Part shown: piece after piece, positions 18,543 through 28,701 of the stretch
Numbering within the stretch: the stretch's first letter is position 1
Layout of the letters: every line of letters starts with the position of its first letter
Assembly: GCA_963668175.1 (NCBI GenBank)
Contig: OY764159.1
Location: 1,536,001-1,600,000 of the forward strand
Length of the DNA: 64,000 nucleotides
Direction: 5' to 3'
Source: Syntrophales bacterium
GTDB lineage: Bacteria; Desulfobacterota; Syntrophia; Syntrophales; PHBD01
Notes under the pieces: model-generated
What the model was told of the DNA's origin: nothing
What the model saw: the letters and a program-made list of their open reading frames with translations, nothing else
Database searches by the model: none
Position numbers and translations under genes: made by a program

Positions 18543-20228
18543 TTGCTGCGACCCCTTCCCGAATATGAGCAGACTTTAACGGAGCAGAGCACCGCCACCA
18601 AATTCCGGTGGCTGATGGTCTCCCGGATAGCCATGGCCAGTTTTATCCTGGGCATCGCGCTCTTTTTGGAGATAAAGGGGACCAGCCTCTCCCCCGATGT
18701 TCATCTGCCCCATCTGTATGTTGTGATCGGCTTAACCTACCTCCTATCCCTGGCCTTTCATTTCCTCCAGAATTTCGACAAAAGCGTCAGCCTGAACATC
18801 TATATCCAGGCCGTATGCGACATGGCCCTGGTGGCGGGCCTGGTCTATGCTACGGGCGGCATCCGCAGCATTTACGCCGTCTTCTATTCCCTGGTGATCA
18901 TCTATTCCGTGCTGTTTCTGGGCAGAAGGGGCGGGCTTCTCATCGCCTCCGGGAGCAGCATCGTCCTGGGGTTCCTCTTCAACCTGGAATACTACGACGT
19001 TATCAGGCCCATGTACGGTACGGAATTTCTCGACTATCCCTTCACATCCGGATACATCTTCACCCGGCTTTGCATCTACATCCTCCTGTTTTATGTGATC
19101 GCCCTGGTGGCGAGCTTCGTCGTGGAGCGGGAAAAAGCCGCCCGGACGCTGCTCGCGGAAAAGGAGACCGCCTTCGACCAGCTCGATCAGCTTCACCGGA
19201 GCATCATCGAATCGGTCGATACGGGCATCATGACCGTCAACATGAGGGGGCGCATCAAATCGTTCAACGCGGCGGCAACCAAGATCACGGGTTTCCTGGC
19301 GAATGAGGTCGAGAACAGGCATATCTCCGAGATCTTTCCCGAATATCCGGAAAAGATGCAGCGGTGGCTGGACGAGGGGTCGAGGCGGCGGGGCTTCGAA
19401 ATGATTATCCCGGCCCAGGCGCAGATGAAGAAAATCCTCGGCTGCTCGGTGTCGCCCCTCCTGGATGCAAGGCAGCAGAGGATGGGAGACATCGTCATCT
19501 TCCAGGACGTCACGGCGATCAAGGACATGGAAGAGGCCGTCGAGCGCAGCCGGAGAATGGCCTTCATCGGCGAGATGGCGGCCGGCCTCGCCCACGAAAT
19601 GAGGAACCCCCTGGCGTCGATCAGCGGCTCCATCCAGCTTCTGAGGAAGGGACTGCCCCTGAACGATACGGACCGGAGGCTCATGGACATCATCATCCGG
19701 GGAAAGGACCAGCTCGACAACTTCATGCGGGACTTCCTGGTGCTGGCGAAGCCCGTTGCGGGCCCCCGGGAACGCTTCGACGTCCGCGAGGTCTTCGACG
19801 AGGTCGTGGAATCGCTCAAGATGACGCCGGACTGGCATGCCCGGATCGACATCCGGACGAGGTATGCCGCCGATAATGCCGTTTTCGTCAACCGGAAGGA
19901 GATGCGTCAGATCGTCTGGAACCTCCTGATGAACGCCGTTCAGGCCATGCCGGAAGGCGGGACGCTCGAGATCGAGACGAAGCCCGCCCGGATGGGCCGG
20001 GACGATTATCTCCTGATCCGCATCGTCGACACCGGTTGCGGTATCGGGCAAAACGAGCTTGAAAAAATATTCGAACCATTTTACACCAACAAGGATAAGG
20101 GTACGGGGCTGGGTCTTGCCGTCGTGAGCAGGATCGTCGAGCGATACCGGGGACGGATCGACGTCGACAGCATCAGCGGCCGGGGCTCGACCTTCACCCT
20201 GTGGCTGCCCCAATCGGAAGAGGAGTAA
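18543..20228 (+). CDS. pilS: PilS-like membrane sensor histidine kinase (TM-PAS-HisKA-HATPase)
   Basis: About six N-terminal TM helices with ATGG..S; AHEMRNPL H-box, NLLMNA, DTGCGI, GTGLGL; TTG start uncertain. Confidence 0.8.
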   Translation: MLRPLPEYEQTLTEQSTATKFRWLMVSRIAMASFILGIALFLEIKGTSLSPDVHLPHLYVVIGLTYLLSLAFHFLQNFDKSVSLNIYIQAVCDMALVAGLVYATGGIRSIYAVFYSLVIIYSVLFLGRRGGLLIASGSSIVLGFLFNLEYYDVIRPMYGTEFLDYPFTSGYIFTRLCIYILLFYVIALVASFVVEREKAARTLLAEKETAFDQLDQLHRSIIESVDTGIMTVNMRGRIKSFNAAATKITGFLANEVENRHISEIFPEYPEKMQRWLDEGSRRRGFEMIIPAQAQMKKILGCSVSPLLDARQQRMGDIVIFQDVTAIKDMEEAVERSRRMAFIGEMAAGLAHEMRNPLASISGSIQLLRKGLPLNDTDRRLMDIIIRGKDQLDNFMRDFLVLAKPVAGPRERFDVREVFDEVVESLKMTPDWHARIDIRTRYAADNAVFVNRKEMRQIVWNLLMNAVQAMPEGGTLEIETKPARMGRDDYLLIRIVDTGCGIGQNELEKIFEPFYTNKDKGTGLGLAVVSRIVERYRGRIDVDSISGRGSTFTLWLPQSEEE

Positions 20229-20234
20229 CGGGTT

Positions 20235-21599
20235 ATGGCTAAAATACTCGTCGTTGACGATGATCAGGGCATGCGGGATTTCCTGGAGATCATGCTGAGC
20301 AGGGAGGGGCATCGCGTGACCTGCTGCGCCGAGGCGGAAAAGGCCCTCGCCAAGTGCAAAAAAGAGAACTTTGACCTGATCATCACCGATCTCAAGATGC
20401 CGAAGGTCGACGGGATCGAATTCCTGAAGCGGGTGAAGGTCGTCTCCCCCGAGGCGATGGTCATCCTGATAACGGCCTATGCCTCGGGCGAGACCGCCGT
20501 TTCCGCCATGAAGGAGGGGGCCTACGATTATATCGAGAAGAACTTCGACATCGATGATTTGAATGCGATCGTCCGCAAGGCCCTGGCGAAGAAGGGGATC
20601 AAGGAAGGCGACGCCCAGTTTCTCAAGGGGGTGGAAGACGCCCATGCCTTCGGCGCCATGATCGGCAAGAGCCGGGAGATGCTGGACGTTTATACGACGA
20701 TCAAGAAAGTGGCCCAGACCTCAACCAACATCCTCATCCTGGGCGAAAGCGGGACGGGCAAGGAACTGGTGGCCAAGGCCATCCACGAGCACAGCCCCCG
20801 GCAGAACATGCCCTTTGTCGTCATCAACTGCGGCGGCATTCCCGAAAACCTCCTGGAGTCGGAACTCTTCGGCCATACGAAGGGGTCGTTCACCGGGGCG
20901 CATGTGGATAAGGCGGGGCTCTTCGAGATCGCCCGCAACGGCACGATCTTTCTCGACGAAATCGGGGACCTGACGCCCCTCCTTCAGGTCAAGATCCTCC
21001 GGGTCGTTCAGGAGAAGACCTTCCGGCGGGTGGGCGGCGGCGACGACATGAAGGTCGACGTCCGGATCATCTCCGCCACGAACAAGGACCTGGAGCAGAA
21101 GGTCCGCGAGGGGACCTTCCGGGAAGACCTCTTCTTCCGGCTCAACGTGATTCCCATCAAGATACCGCCGCTCCGGAAGAGGAAAGAGGACATCGCCCTT
21201 CTGACCCGGTACTTCATCGAAAAGTATTCGCGGGAGTTCGGCAAGGAGATTCAGACGATCTCGTCTTACGCCATGGAACTCCTTATGGATTACCGTTTCC
21301 CGGGAAACGTGCGGGAGCTTGAGAACATCATCGAGCGGAGCGTCGCCCTGGAGACGTCGAGCATCATCCTGCCGGAGAACCTTGTTCTCTCCGGCAGCGG
21401 TCTCGGCCCGTCCGACCCTGTCGACGGGGAACTGCCGGACGAGGGCATCAATATCAACGACGAACTGGCCAGGATCGAAAAGCAGTTGATCGAAAAGGCC
21501 CTTGCCAAGACAAGGGGCTCGAAGACGAAGGCGGCCGAGTTCCTCTCCATCAGCCTCGACTCGCTTCGCTACCGCATTGAGAAGCTCGGCATCGAATGA
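20235..21599 (+). CDS. pilR: sigma-54-dependent response regulator, PilR-like
   Basis: REC (VVDDD, ITDLKMP), GESGTGKE, ESELFGH..GSFTGA, FPGNVREL, C-terminal HTH SLRYR. Confidence 0.82.
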   Translation: MAKILVVDDDQGMRDFLEIMLSREGHRVTCCAEAEKALAKCKKENFDLIITDLKMPKVDGIEFLKRVKVVSPEAMVILITAYASGETAVSAMKEGAYDYIEKNFDIDDLNAIVRKALAKKGIKEGDAQFLKGVEDAHAFGAMIGKSREMLDVYTTIKKVAQTSTNILILGESGTGKELVAKAIHEHSPRQNMPFVVINCGGIPENLLESELFGHTKGSFTGAHVDKAGLFEIARNGTIFLDEIGDLTPLLQVKILRVVQEKTFRRVGGGDDMKVDVRIISATNKDLEQKVREGTFREDLFFRLNVIPIKIPPLRKRKEDIALLTRYFIEKYSREFGKEIQTISSYAMELLMDYRFPGNVRELENIIERSVALETSSIILPENLVLSGSGLGPSDPVDGELPDEGININDELARIEKQLIEKALAKTRGSKTKAAEFLSISLDSLRYRIEKLGIE

Positions 21600-22552
21600 A
21601 CCATGTCCATGTCGGCGGCGATATCCCGGCAGTCGGTCGTCAGGTAGTTGCCCACCATCATGCCGTTGGCGCCGGCAAAGAATATCCAGGACTGGAAATC
21701 CTTCAGGCCCATGCGGCCGCCGCAGATGATAATGTCGCGGTCGGCGTTGACGAAGCGGAAAAGGGCGATGCATTTAAGGGCTTCCATCGGCGCCAGCATC
21801 GGCCGGTTCTCCATTTTCGTGCCTTCGATGGGGATGAGGAAATTCATGGGGATGCCCTCGACGCCGAGGTCCCGGACGGTGAAGGCCAGCTCCAGGCGCT
21901 GCTCCCACGACTCGCCCAATCCCATGATGCCGCCTGAACAGACCCTCATGCCCGCCGCGTGGGCCATCTTGATCGTTTCGATGTCCTCGTCGTAGGCGTG
22001 GGTCGTGCAGATCTGGTCGAAGAAACTCCGGGCCGTCTCCAGGTTGTGATGGAAGATCGAGATACCGTTTTCCGCAAGCCTTTTGGCCATGACGGGGGTG
22101 AGATTGCCCAGGGACCCGCAGACGGTCATCCCCGTCTGCGACTTGATCTGTCCTGCGGCGTGGCAGACCGTATCCATTTCCTGCTCGTTGAGCATGTAGC
22201 CGCTTGTCACCATGGAGTAACGCTTCGCCCCGCCGGCGGCGAGCATCCGGCCCCGCGCCAGGATTTCCTCCTCGCTCTTCATGGGATAGATGTCGATGGC
22301 GGTCTTGTGATGGCCCGACTGGGCGCAGAAGGCGCAGTTTTCCGAGCAGCGCCCTGATTTGGCGTTGATGAGCGAACAGATGACCTGACGGTCCTTGACA
22401 AAATGTTTTTTTATTGTATAGGCGCCGAAGAAAAGGTCGATGAGGGAATCGTCGGGAAGTGCGGCCAGTTCCACCGCCTCCCCGGGCGTGAGGGCGTCGG
22501 GTCCGTTCTCGATGATCTTGTCCACGCAGGCGCTTATGTGACGGGTTGCCAT
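21569..22552 (-). CDS. bioB: biotin synthase
   Basis: NAKSGRCSENCAFCAQS, HNLET, VCSGGIMGLGE, NFLIP, GNYLTT; start at ATG 22552 after RBS GGAGG. Confidence 0.93.
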   Translation of the reverse strand: MATRHISACVDKIIENGPDALTPGEAVELAALPDDSLIDLFFGAYTIKKHFVKDRQVICSLINAKSGRCSENCAFCAQSGHHKTAIDIYPMKSEEEILARGRMLAAGGAKRYSMVTSGYMLNEQEMDTVCHAAGQIKSQTGMTVCGSLGNLTPVMAKRLAENGISIFHHNLETARSFFDQICTTHAYDEDIETIKMAHAAGMRVCSGGIMGLGESWEQRLELAFTVRDLGVEGIPMNFLIPIEGTKMENRPMLAPMEALKCIALFRFVNADRDIIICGGRMGLKDFQSWIFFAGANGMMVGNYLTTDCRDIAADMDMVHSMPSFSMR

Positions 22553-22604
22553 ATCTTTTGAACCTCCCAAGTGAGTGACCTGCCCCTTATCAACCGGTCG
22601 CCTT

Positions 22605-22639
22605 ATTGTCAACCAAAAATATTGATGGCGGTTGACAAT
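22605..22639. promoter_or_regulatory. BirA operator overlapping divergent bioB and birA promoters
   Basis: ATTGTCAACC-N15-GGTTGACAAT fits the BirA box; each half holds a TTGACA -35 for one direction. Confidence 0.88.
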
Positions 22640-22685
22640 GCCTTTGGGGAGTGCTAAGAGGCGGAGAATATTAGGGGAGGGAAGT

Positions 22686-23681
22686 ATGACAAACCGCAGT
22701 CAATTGCTGGCGCAACTGAAAGGCGGAGGCTGGGTCTCCGGCCAGGTCCTGACCTATCAACTTGCCATCAGCCGGACGGCCGTCTGGAAGCACATCTGCA
22801 AGCTCCGGGAGGAGGGTTACACGATCGAGGCCTCCCGGAAGAAGGGCTATCGGCTGCTCAAGGTTTCGGACTTTTTGAACGAGTCGGAAATCCGGGAGGG
22901 ACTCAAGACCTCCATCCTGGGGCAGGGGGAAATCGTCTGCCTGAAAGAGACCGAGTCCACCAACGCCTATGCCAAGGCGATGGCTGTCGACGGGATACCG
23001 GAAGGGACGGTGATCGTCGCCGAGCTGCAAACCCGGGGGCGCGGGCGGAGGGGCCGGGACTGGTTTTCGCCTTTCCGGGAGGGCCTCTACCTGACGATGA
23101 TCCTCAGGCCGCAGATCAGGCCGACGGAAGCGCCCCGCCTCACCCTGATGACGTCCGTGGCCGTTGCCGAGGCCATTGAAGACATGACGGACCTCAACTG
23201 CCGGATCAAGTGGCCGAACGACGTCCTCATCGGCGGAAAAAAGGTTGCGGGTATCCTGACGGAGATCCATTCGGAGATGGATGCGGTGAATTTCGTGGTC
23301 CTGGGCATCGGCATCAACGTGAATACACCTCTGGATTCGTTTCCGGACGAGCTTAAGGCGAAGGCCTCGTCGCTTCTCATCGAGACGGGCCGGATTGTTT
23401 CCCGCGTGGAACTTCTCCGGGCCTGCCTGGAGAGGATCGAGGCCCGTTACGAAGAGTTTAACAAGGGCCGTTTCGACGACGTCATGGACTGCTGGCGGGA
23501 ACGGTCGGACATTATAGGCAGAGAAATTGAAGTGGACATGATCAACCGTCGTTTCCGGGGTGTGGCGGTCGAATTCGACGCCGACGGCGTTCTGATCCTG
23601 AAGGACGGTGAGGGAAATACGCAGCGGATCTTTTCCGGCGACGTGACGGTGCCGGTGCCGGAAGAGAAAGGCGTCCGATAA
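22686..23681 (+). CDS. birA: bifunctional biotin-protein ligase/repressor
   Basis: N-terminal HTH (SRTAVWKHI), STN, QTRGRGRRGRDW, KWPND, KVAGIL; RBS GGAGG before ATG 22686. Confidence 0.95.
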   Translation: MTNRSQLLAQLKGGGWVSGQVLTYQLAISRTAVWKHICKLREEGYTIEASRKKGYRLLKVSDFLNESEIREGLKTSILGQGEIVCLKETESTNAYAKAMAVDGIPEGTVIVAELQTRGRGRRGRDWFSPFREGLYLTMILRPQIRPTEAPRLTLMTSVAVAEAIEDMTDLNCRIKWPNDVLIGGKKVAGILTEIHSEMDAVNFVVLGIGINVNTPLDSFPDELKAKASSLLIETGRIVSRVELLRACLERIEARYEEFNKGRFDDVMDCWRERSDIIGREIEVDMINRRFRGVAVEFDADGVLILKDGEGNTQRIFSGDVTVPVPEEKGVR

Positions 23682-23683
23682 AC

Positions 23684-24988
23684 ATGGATTGGATTTTTGC
23701 TATCCCCGCCTTCGTCAAGGTGGGGTCTTCTTTTGCGGGCATCCTGCTCTGCAACAGGCTGGGGCTGCCGTTGGGTGTCGCCATCCTGCTCTTTTCGGTC
23801 ATCCTCTCCCTCTGGTCGCGAACGGGCCTTTCGGGCCTTTTGCATCAGATTTTCGCCTTCGCCCGGCCGGAGAACTGGATGCTTCCCGTCGTCATCTTCC
23901 TCCTGCTTCTTTTGACCGAGGGCCTCAACCGTTCGGGAAGAATGAAGCGGACGATGGACGCCCTCAAGTTCTGGCTCAAGAGCAAGCGGATGCTCCTGGC
24001 GGGCTTCCCGGCCCTGGTGGGCCTCCTGCCCATGCCCGGCGGGGCCATCGTCTCCGCACCGCTCGTGGCCGAGGTGGACAGCGACAACGAACTCGAACTG
24101 GCGCACAAAGTGGCCATCAACTACTGGTACCGCCACCTCTGGGAGTACTGGTGGCCCCTCTATCCCGGCGTCATCCTCGCCATGAGCTATTCGGGCCTGC
24201 CCGTCGCCCTCTTCTTCGCCGTCCAGATCCCCTTCAGCGCGGCGATGATGCTGGGCGGCTACCTTTTTATCCTGAAAAAGATACCGGCGGCGGAAAACGG
24301 CAGGATCCGCCTGGCCGACCTGAATCTTGGCGATGTCGGGGCGGCACTGGGGCCCATCATGGTCCTTGTCGTCGCGTCCCTTGTCGGATCGGCCGTCCTT
24401 CCCCGGTTCGGCATGGACGAGAACCTGTCGAGCCTGGCGGCGATGTTCGCGGGGCTTCTCTTCGCCATGGCGATGGTCTTTTTCCGAAGCCCGTCCTCGT
24501 TTGCGGAGTCGCTTCGGCTCTTCCGGGACAAGGCCACCGGCCTCATGATGGTCCTGGTCGTCGCGATCCAGATGTTCTCCGGCGTTCTCACCTATCCCCT
24601 GGACCCCGCCGGCCACACGATCGTGACGGCGATGCGCGACGAATTCCTCCGGGCGGGGATTCCCATCTTAAGCCTCGTCATGCTCGTCCCCTTCATCTCC
24701 GGGGCGGTGACCGGGGTGGCTTTCGGCTTCGTCGGGGCGAGCTTTCCCATCGTCTTCGCCCTCGTCGGCTCCGATTTGTCGACAGCCGCGGCTGCGGCCA
24801 CGACGGCCCTGGCCTACGGTTTCGGCTATATGGGGATGATGATGTCGCCCATGCACGTCTGCCTCGTCGTAAGCGGCGAATACTTCCGCTGCTCCCTCTA
24901 CGGCGCCTATCGATATATCGTAGGCCCGGCGGGCGTAATTCTCCTGGCCGCCCTTTTCCTGTCTGGATTCTATTACCTCGTCCTCTGA
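23684..24988 (+). CDS. DUF401-family polytopic membrane protein (putative transporter)
   Basis: GLLPMPGGA..SAP, NYWYRH.WEY.WPLYPG, SPMHVCL; about 12 TM helices; 2 bp after birA. Confidence 0.75.
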   Translation: MDWIFAIPAFVKVGSSFAGILLCNRLGLPLGVAILLFSVILSLWSRTGLSGLLHQIFAFARPENWMLPVVIFLLLLLTEGLNRSGRMKRTMDALKFWLKSKRMLLAGFPALVGLLPMPGGAIVSAPLVAEVDSDNELELAHKVAINYWYRHLWEYWWPLYPGVILAMSYSGLPVALFFAVQIPFSAAMMLGGYLFILKKIPAAENGRIRLADLNLGDVGAALGPIMVLVVASLVGSAVLPRFGMDENLSSLAAMFAGLLFAMAMVFFRSPSSFAESLRLFRDKATGLMMVLVVAIQMFSGVLTYPLDPAGHTIVTAMRDEFLRAGIPILSLVMLVPFISGAVTGVAFGFVGASFPIVFALVGSDLSTAAAAATTALAYGFGYMGMMMSPMHVCLVVSGEYFRCSLYGAYRYIVGPAGVILLAALFLSGFYYLVL

Positions 24989-26520
24989 TTTTGATGGATG
25001 AGGAAGAAGGGGGCGTGACTGGACGTAAAGAAAGGCGGCTCGCGCCTCAGGATCGGTGCGATTGCGGGGTGCTTCCTGAAATCCTTTTCCAGAAACCGCC
25101 GGACCTGCATCCGGTCCCACCCGGCAGGGTGACGGAAATCGCGGTAGAGGGAGAGATCCCCTTCGTAGAAGCTCTCCGTGGGTAGCGCCTCCGCATCGGG
25201 TCCGTAGGCCGGCAGGTTGAAGACGGCCAGGTTGAGGAAGTCGATGAAGCCGCTGTGCCTCGCCGTGAAAGCAAGCGTCTTTTCCGCCGCGGCACGGTTT
25301 TCCGCCGGTGTGCCGAAGAGGAGGTAGACGTAGGTCCCTATCCCCGCCTCTTTCAGGGCGGTTAAGGCCGCCGCGGCCGTTTCAAGGTCGATTCCTTTTT
25401 CCAGATGGTCCAGGACCGACTGGTCCCCCGATTCCAATCCGAGCTTCATCATGACGCATCCCGAGGACTTAAGCGCCCGGCAGAAATCGGGATCGGCCAG
25501 GTGTTCCGTGACCCGCGCGAAGCCGTACCAGGGTATCCCCGGCGGGTCGTGAATGACGGCGTTCAGGAATGCGGGCGATATGGCGCTGTCCAGGAAATGG
25601 ATCAGGGAGGGCTGCAAATCTGCGGCGCACTTGCGCAGGACGGCAAGGGCTTCGCCGGCCGGGACGGGCCGGAAGCGGTTTCCTTCGGCCTTCTCCGGGC
25701 AGAACGTGCACCGGCGCCAGTAGCAGCCGGCGGCGGCGCCGAAAGGAAGGACCATCCCCGGCGACAGGTAGTCGCCGCTCCGCAGTTGGCTGAAATCGGG
25801 GACAGTCGCGGAAGGCTGTTCCGCAACTCCCAGACTTTGCAGAAGGGGGGCCTCGCCGGGCCCGGCGATTAACTCGTCGATGAGGCCGCCGAAGGGGCTT
25901 CGCCAGTCCGGCCTTCTCATCCAGGACGTGACCAGGCTTCCGCCGAGGATCACCTTGAGAGCGGGGTAGGTCTGCTTGACAAAGCCCGCCATGGCGAATG
26001 TAGCGAGGGCCTGGCTCAGGTAGTTAAGGGAGAAGCCGACGACAGCGGGAGGCCTCTCCTCGATGATTTCGCTCAAGCGTCCGTGGAAATGGGGATAGAA
26101 TGCATTGGACGCCGGCCTCTCCGCCGCGGTAAGGAGGTCGGCGCTTTTGAGGGGCGATAGCCCAGGGTCCTCGTAATTCGCCAGTCCCGCCGCAGCGCCG
26201 AAGGGCCGGGAAGCATGTTCCAGGACGCGGTTGATATCCGTGACGGCCCGGCGGTAGCGGTCGATGGCCCTGTATCCTTTGCCGCTTCGCAGAAGGGCCA
26301 GGTGCGCCTCCCGGTGCTTGAGCGCCCGCTTGGTCCAGGTGTCCGCATCATCCGCCGGGAGCGGCGAATCCAGGAGGTGAAGGATGCCTTCCCGGTTGAA
26401 ATCGGCAAGCCGGAAAGGAATGCCGTGACGCGCCAGGGCGCCGGCCAGCACGGCGATGCCCGCAGGCGGCTCGCACGGCCTGACGACCGGCGGATTGATG
26501 AGTAGGACCGGCGCGCTCAC
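24973..26520 (-). CDS. cobalamin-binding-domain radical SAM protein
   Basis: LLINPP, GCYWRRCTFC (CxxxCxxC), GLESG, YLLFGTP; GTG 26520 overlaps the upstream stop (GTGA). Confidence 0.82.
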   Translation of the reverse strand: MSAPVLLINPPVVRPCEPPAGIAVLAGALARHGIPFRLADFNREGILHLLDSPLPADDADTWTKRALKHREAHLALLRSGKGYRAIDRYRRAVTDINRVLEHASRPFGAAAGLANYEDPGLSPLKSADLLTAAERPASNAFYPHFHGRLSEIIEERPPAVVGFSLNYLSQALATFAMAGFVKQTYPALKVILGGSLVTSWMRRPDWRSPFGGLIDELIAGPGEAPLLQSLGVAEQPSATVPDFSQLRSGDYLSPGMVLPFGAAAGCYWRRCTFCPEKAEGNRFRPVPAGEALAVLRKCAADLQPSLIHFLDSAISPAFLNAVIHDPPGIPWYGFARVTEHLADPDFCRALKSSGCVMMKLGLESGDQSVLDHLEKGIDLETAAAALTALKEAGIGTYVYLLFGTPAENRAAAEKTLAFTARHSGFIDFLNLAVFNLPAYGPDAEALPTESFYEGDLSLYRDFRHPAGWDRMQVRRFLEKDFRKHPAIAPILRREPPFFTSSHAPFFLIHQNQRTR

Positions 26521-28607
26521 CAGATGATCCTGGCGTCGACGGCGACGCAGCCGCCTTCCGAGGCGATGAGCGGATTGATGTCCAGCTCGGCGATGTCCGG
26601 GATTTCCGCCGCCAGGAACGAAAGCCGCTCCATGGCGCTGGCGACGGCCTCCAGATGCACGCCCGCTTCGCCCCGAATGCCGGCGAGAAGCGGATAGGTT
26701 TTCAGGGACGAGAGCATGACATAAGCCGTTTCCCGGTCGATGGGGACAAGCTCGCGGCTTACGTCCCGGAAAACTTCCGTATAGATGCCGCCCAGGCCGC
26801 AGGCGGCGATATGGCCGAACTGGGGGTCCCGTTTCAGGCCGAGGATAAGCTCCTTTCCCGAAGCCTGTTCCTGGATCTGGAAGGCGTCCACAATCATTAC
26901 GGGATCGCGCCGCCGGACGTTTTCGACAAGCGTGCCGCAGGCGCGCGAAAGTCCCTGGCGGGACGTGATTCCGGCGATCACGCCGTTCCATTCGCTCTTG
27001 TGGAGGAAGGTGGGGCCGGAAAGCTTCAGGACGACCGGAAATTGCAGCGATGCCGCCGCCCTGAGCAAGGCTCTGCGACTGCCGGCGACGGCGCCTTTGG
27101 CGACGGGTATGCCGAATAGGGCAAGGAGGGCCAGGGCCGCTTCGCCCGCCAGGAGTTTCTCCCTGCGGCCTTCGGCAAGGAGGGGGGCGAGGGCCTGCCG
27201 GTCGACGGCAAAAGTTCCGGACTTGGGCGTCTTTCTCTGCCTGATCGCATGATACCGGCGGCATACGGACAGGCCGTAGACCGCCTGCTCGATCGTATCG
27301 AAACAGGCGACGCCGTCTATCGCTTCCAGTTTATTGACGGCGGAGGCGACGTCGATGTAGGGCCAGACGGCAAGCGGTTTCCTGTTGCCGGATGCCTCTC
27401 TGGCGGCGGCGACCATGCCCGTCATGTCCAGATCCGTATGGAGGGGGGAGGCGGATGTCGGGAAGATTGCGAGGACGCCGTCCACTCCCTGCGATTTGAA
27501 GAGTTCCGTGAGGGTGAGGCGGGAGACGTCCCGGTAGTGGCCGCCGATCATGCCGATCGGCCAGATATCGATGGGATGGCCTACGTGGAGCCAGTCGGGA
27601 GTCCCTTCCTCGAGTTTCCGGGCGAGCCCATCGGGCAGGGCCGCGACTTCCAGCCCGAAGTCCTCGCAGGCGTCTACCGTCATGATACCGCCGGCGCCGG
27701 TGACGGTCATGATGCCCAGGCGCGGGCCCGCCATCTCCTTCATCCGGACGAGGGCATGGACGGCGTCTTTCATTTCGGCGGTGCTTCTCACGCGGATGAT
27801 GCCTGCGCGCCGGAAGGCGGCGTCGAAGACGGCGTCCTCCCCGACAAGGGAGCCGGAATGGGAGAGGGCGGCCTTGGCGCCTGCCCGGCTCCGGCCGGAT
27901 TTGAAGACGATGATGGGCTTCCGGCGGGTCACTTCCGCCGCTTTCTTAAGAAAGGCATCGCCCCGCTTCATGCCCTCCATGTAGAAGACAATGACCTCCG
28001 TTTCCGGATCGTCGCCGAGATAGGAGAGACAATCGGTGAAGTCGATATCGCAGCCGTTCCCGATGTCGATGGCCTTGCCCCAGTGGCGCCAGGCCATGTT
28101 CTTGTCCGCCACCTGGAGGATGCCGCTCTGGGCGACGAGGGAGACGGGGGCGAACTGTTCGGGGGAATCGGCGTCCACGAACGACGTCGTGAAGCGGCGG
28201 TAGTTGTTGACAATCCCGATGGTGTTGGGACCGACGATGCGGATGCCGTGCCGCCTGGCCGTCGCCGCAATCTCCTCCTGGAGCTTCGTTCCCTTCTCGT
28301 CGGCATCGGCAAAGCCCTGGGTGATGATAAGCACCCGGCCGATGCCGGCGCGGACGCAATCGTTGAGAACGGGCAGAACGTTGTCCCTGCCCACGGAGAT
28401 GACGGCCAGGTCCGCCCGCTCGGGCAGATCGGCCAAGTTGGCGTAGGCCTTGCGGCCGCAGATTTCCCTCGCGTTGGGATTGATGGGGTAAATGCGGCCC
28501 TGGAAGCCGTAGCGGAGCATCGTTTCGCAGCCGTTGAACGAACCGGCCCCGGTCTTCCTGGGGACGCCGATCAGGGCGACGGAAGACGGGTTCATGAATG
28601 TATCCAT
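26517..28607 (-). CDS. ADP-forming acyl/acetate-CoA ligase family protein (fused alpha-beta)
   Basis: PSSVALIG, GPNTIG, SHSGSL (phospho-His), HKSE, RDPQFG, ELDINPL, VDAR. Confidence 0.88.
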   Translation of the reverse strand: MDTFMNPSSVALIGVPRKTGAGSFNGCETMLRYGFQGRIYPINPNAREICGRKAYANLADLPERADLAVISVGRDNVLPVLNDCVRAGIGRVLIITQGFADADEKGTKLQEEIAATARRHGIRIVGPNTIGIVNNYRRFTTSFVDADSPEQFAPVSLVAQSGILQVADKNMAWRHWGKAIDIGNGCDIDFTDCLSYLGDDPETEVIVFYMEGMKRGDAFLKKAAEVTRRKPIIVFKSGRSRAGAKAALSHSGSLVGEDAVFDAAFRRAGIIRVRSTAEMKDAVHALVRMKEMAGPRLGIMTVTGAGGIMTVDACEDFGLEVAALPDGLARKLEEGTPDWLHVGHPIDIWPIGMIGGHYRDVSRLTLTELFKSQGVDGVLAIFPTSASPLHTDLDMTGMVAAAREASGNRKPLAVWPYIDVASAVNKLEAIDGVACFDTIEQAVYGLSVCRRYHAIRQRKTPKSGTFAVDRQALAPLLAEGRREKLLAGEAALALLALFGIPVAKGAVAGSRRALLRAAASLQFPVVLKLSGPTFLHKSEWNGVIAGITSRQGLSRACGTLVENVRRRDPVMIVDAFQIQEQASGKELILGLKRDPQFGHIAACGLGGIYTEVFRDVSRELVPIDRETAYVMLSSLKTYPLLAGIRGEAGVHLEAVASAMERLSFLAAEIPDIAELDINPLIASEGGCVAVDARIIW

Positions 28608-28672
28608 AGTATTTCCCCCCCATGATGAAGATGTGGAGCTTAAGCGATACGATCGGTTGCTTCACATATTAC

Positions 28673-28701
28673 TTGACAAAACATAACAATTATAGTAGTG
28701 T
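28673..28701 (+). promoter_or_regulatory. sigma-70 promoter of the cold-shock gene
   Basis: TTGACA-17-TAGTGT, implying a ~170-nt 5' UTR as is typical of csp genes. Confidence 0.65.

Noticed and set aside
21569..21599. 31-bp 3' overlap of pilR-like and bioB; 16-bp overlap of DUF401 and the radical SAM gene
   Set aside because: Short convergent overlaps are common; no sign of function
26521..27264. N-terminal 248 aa of the 763-aa radical SAM ORF
   Set aside because: Overlaps the acyl-CoA ligase in another frame and is not protein-like; GTG 26520 gives a normal coupled start
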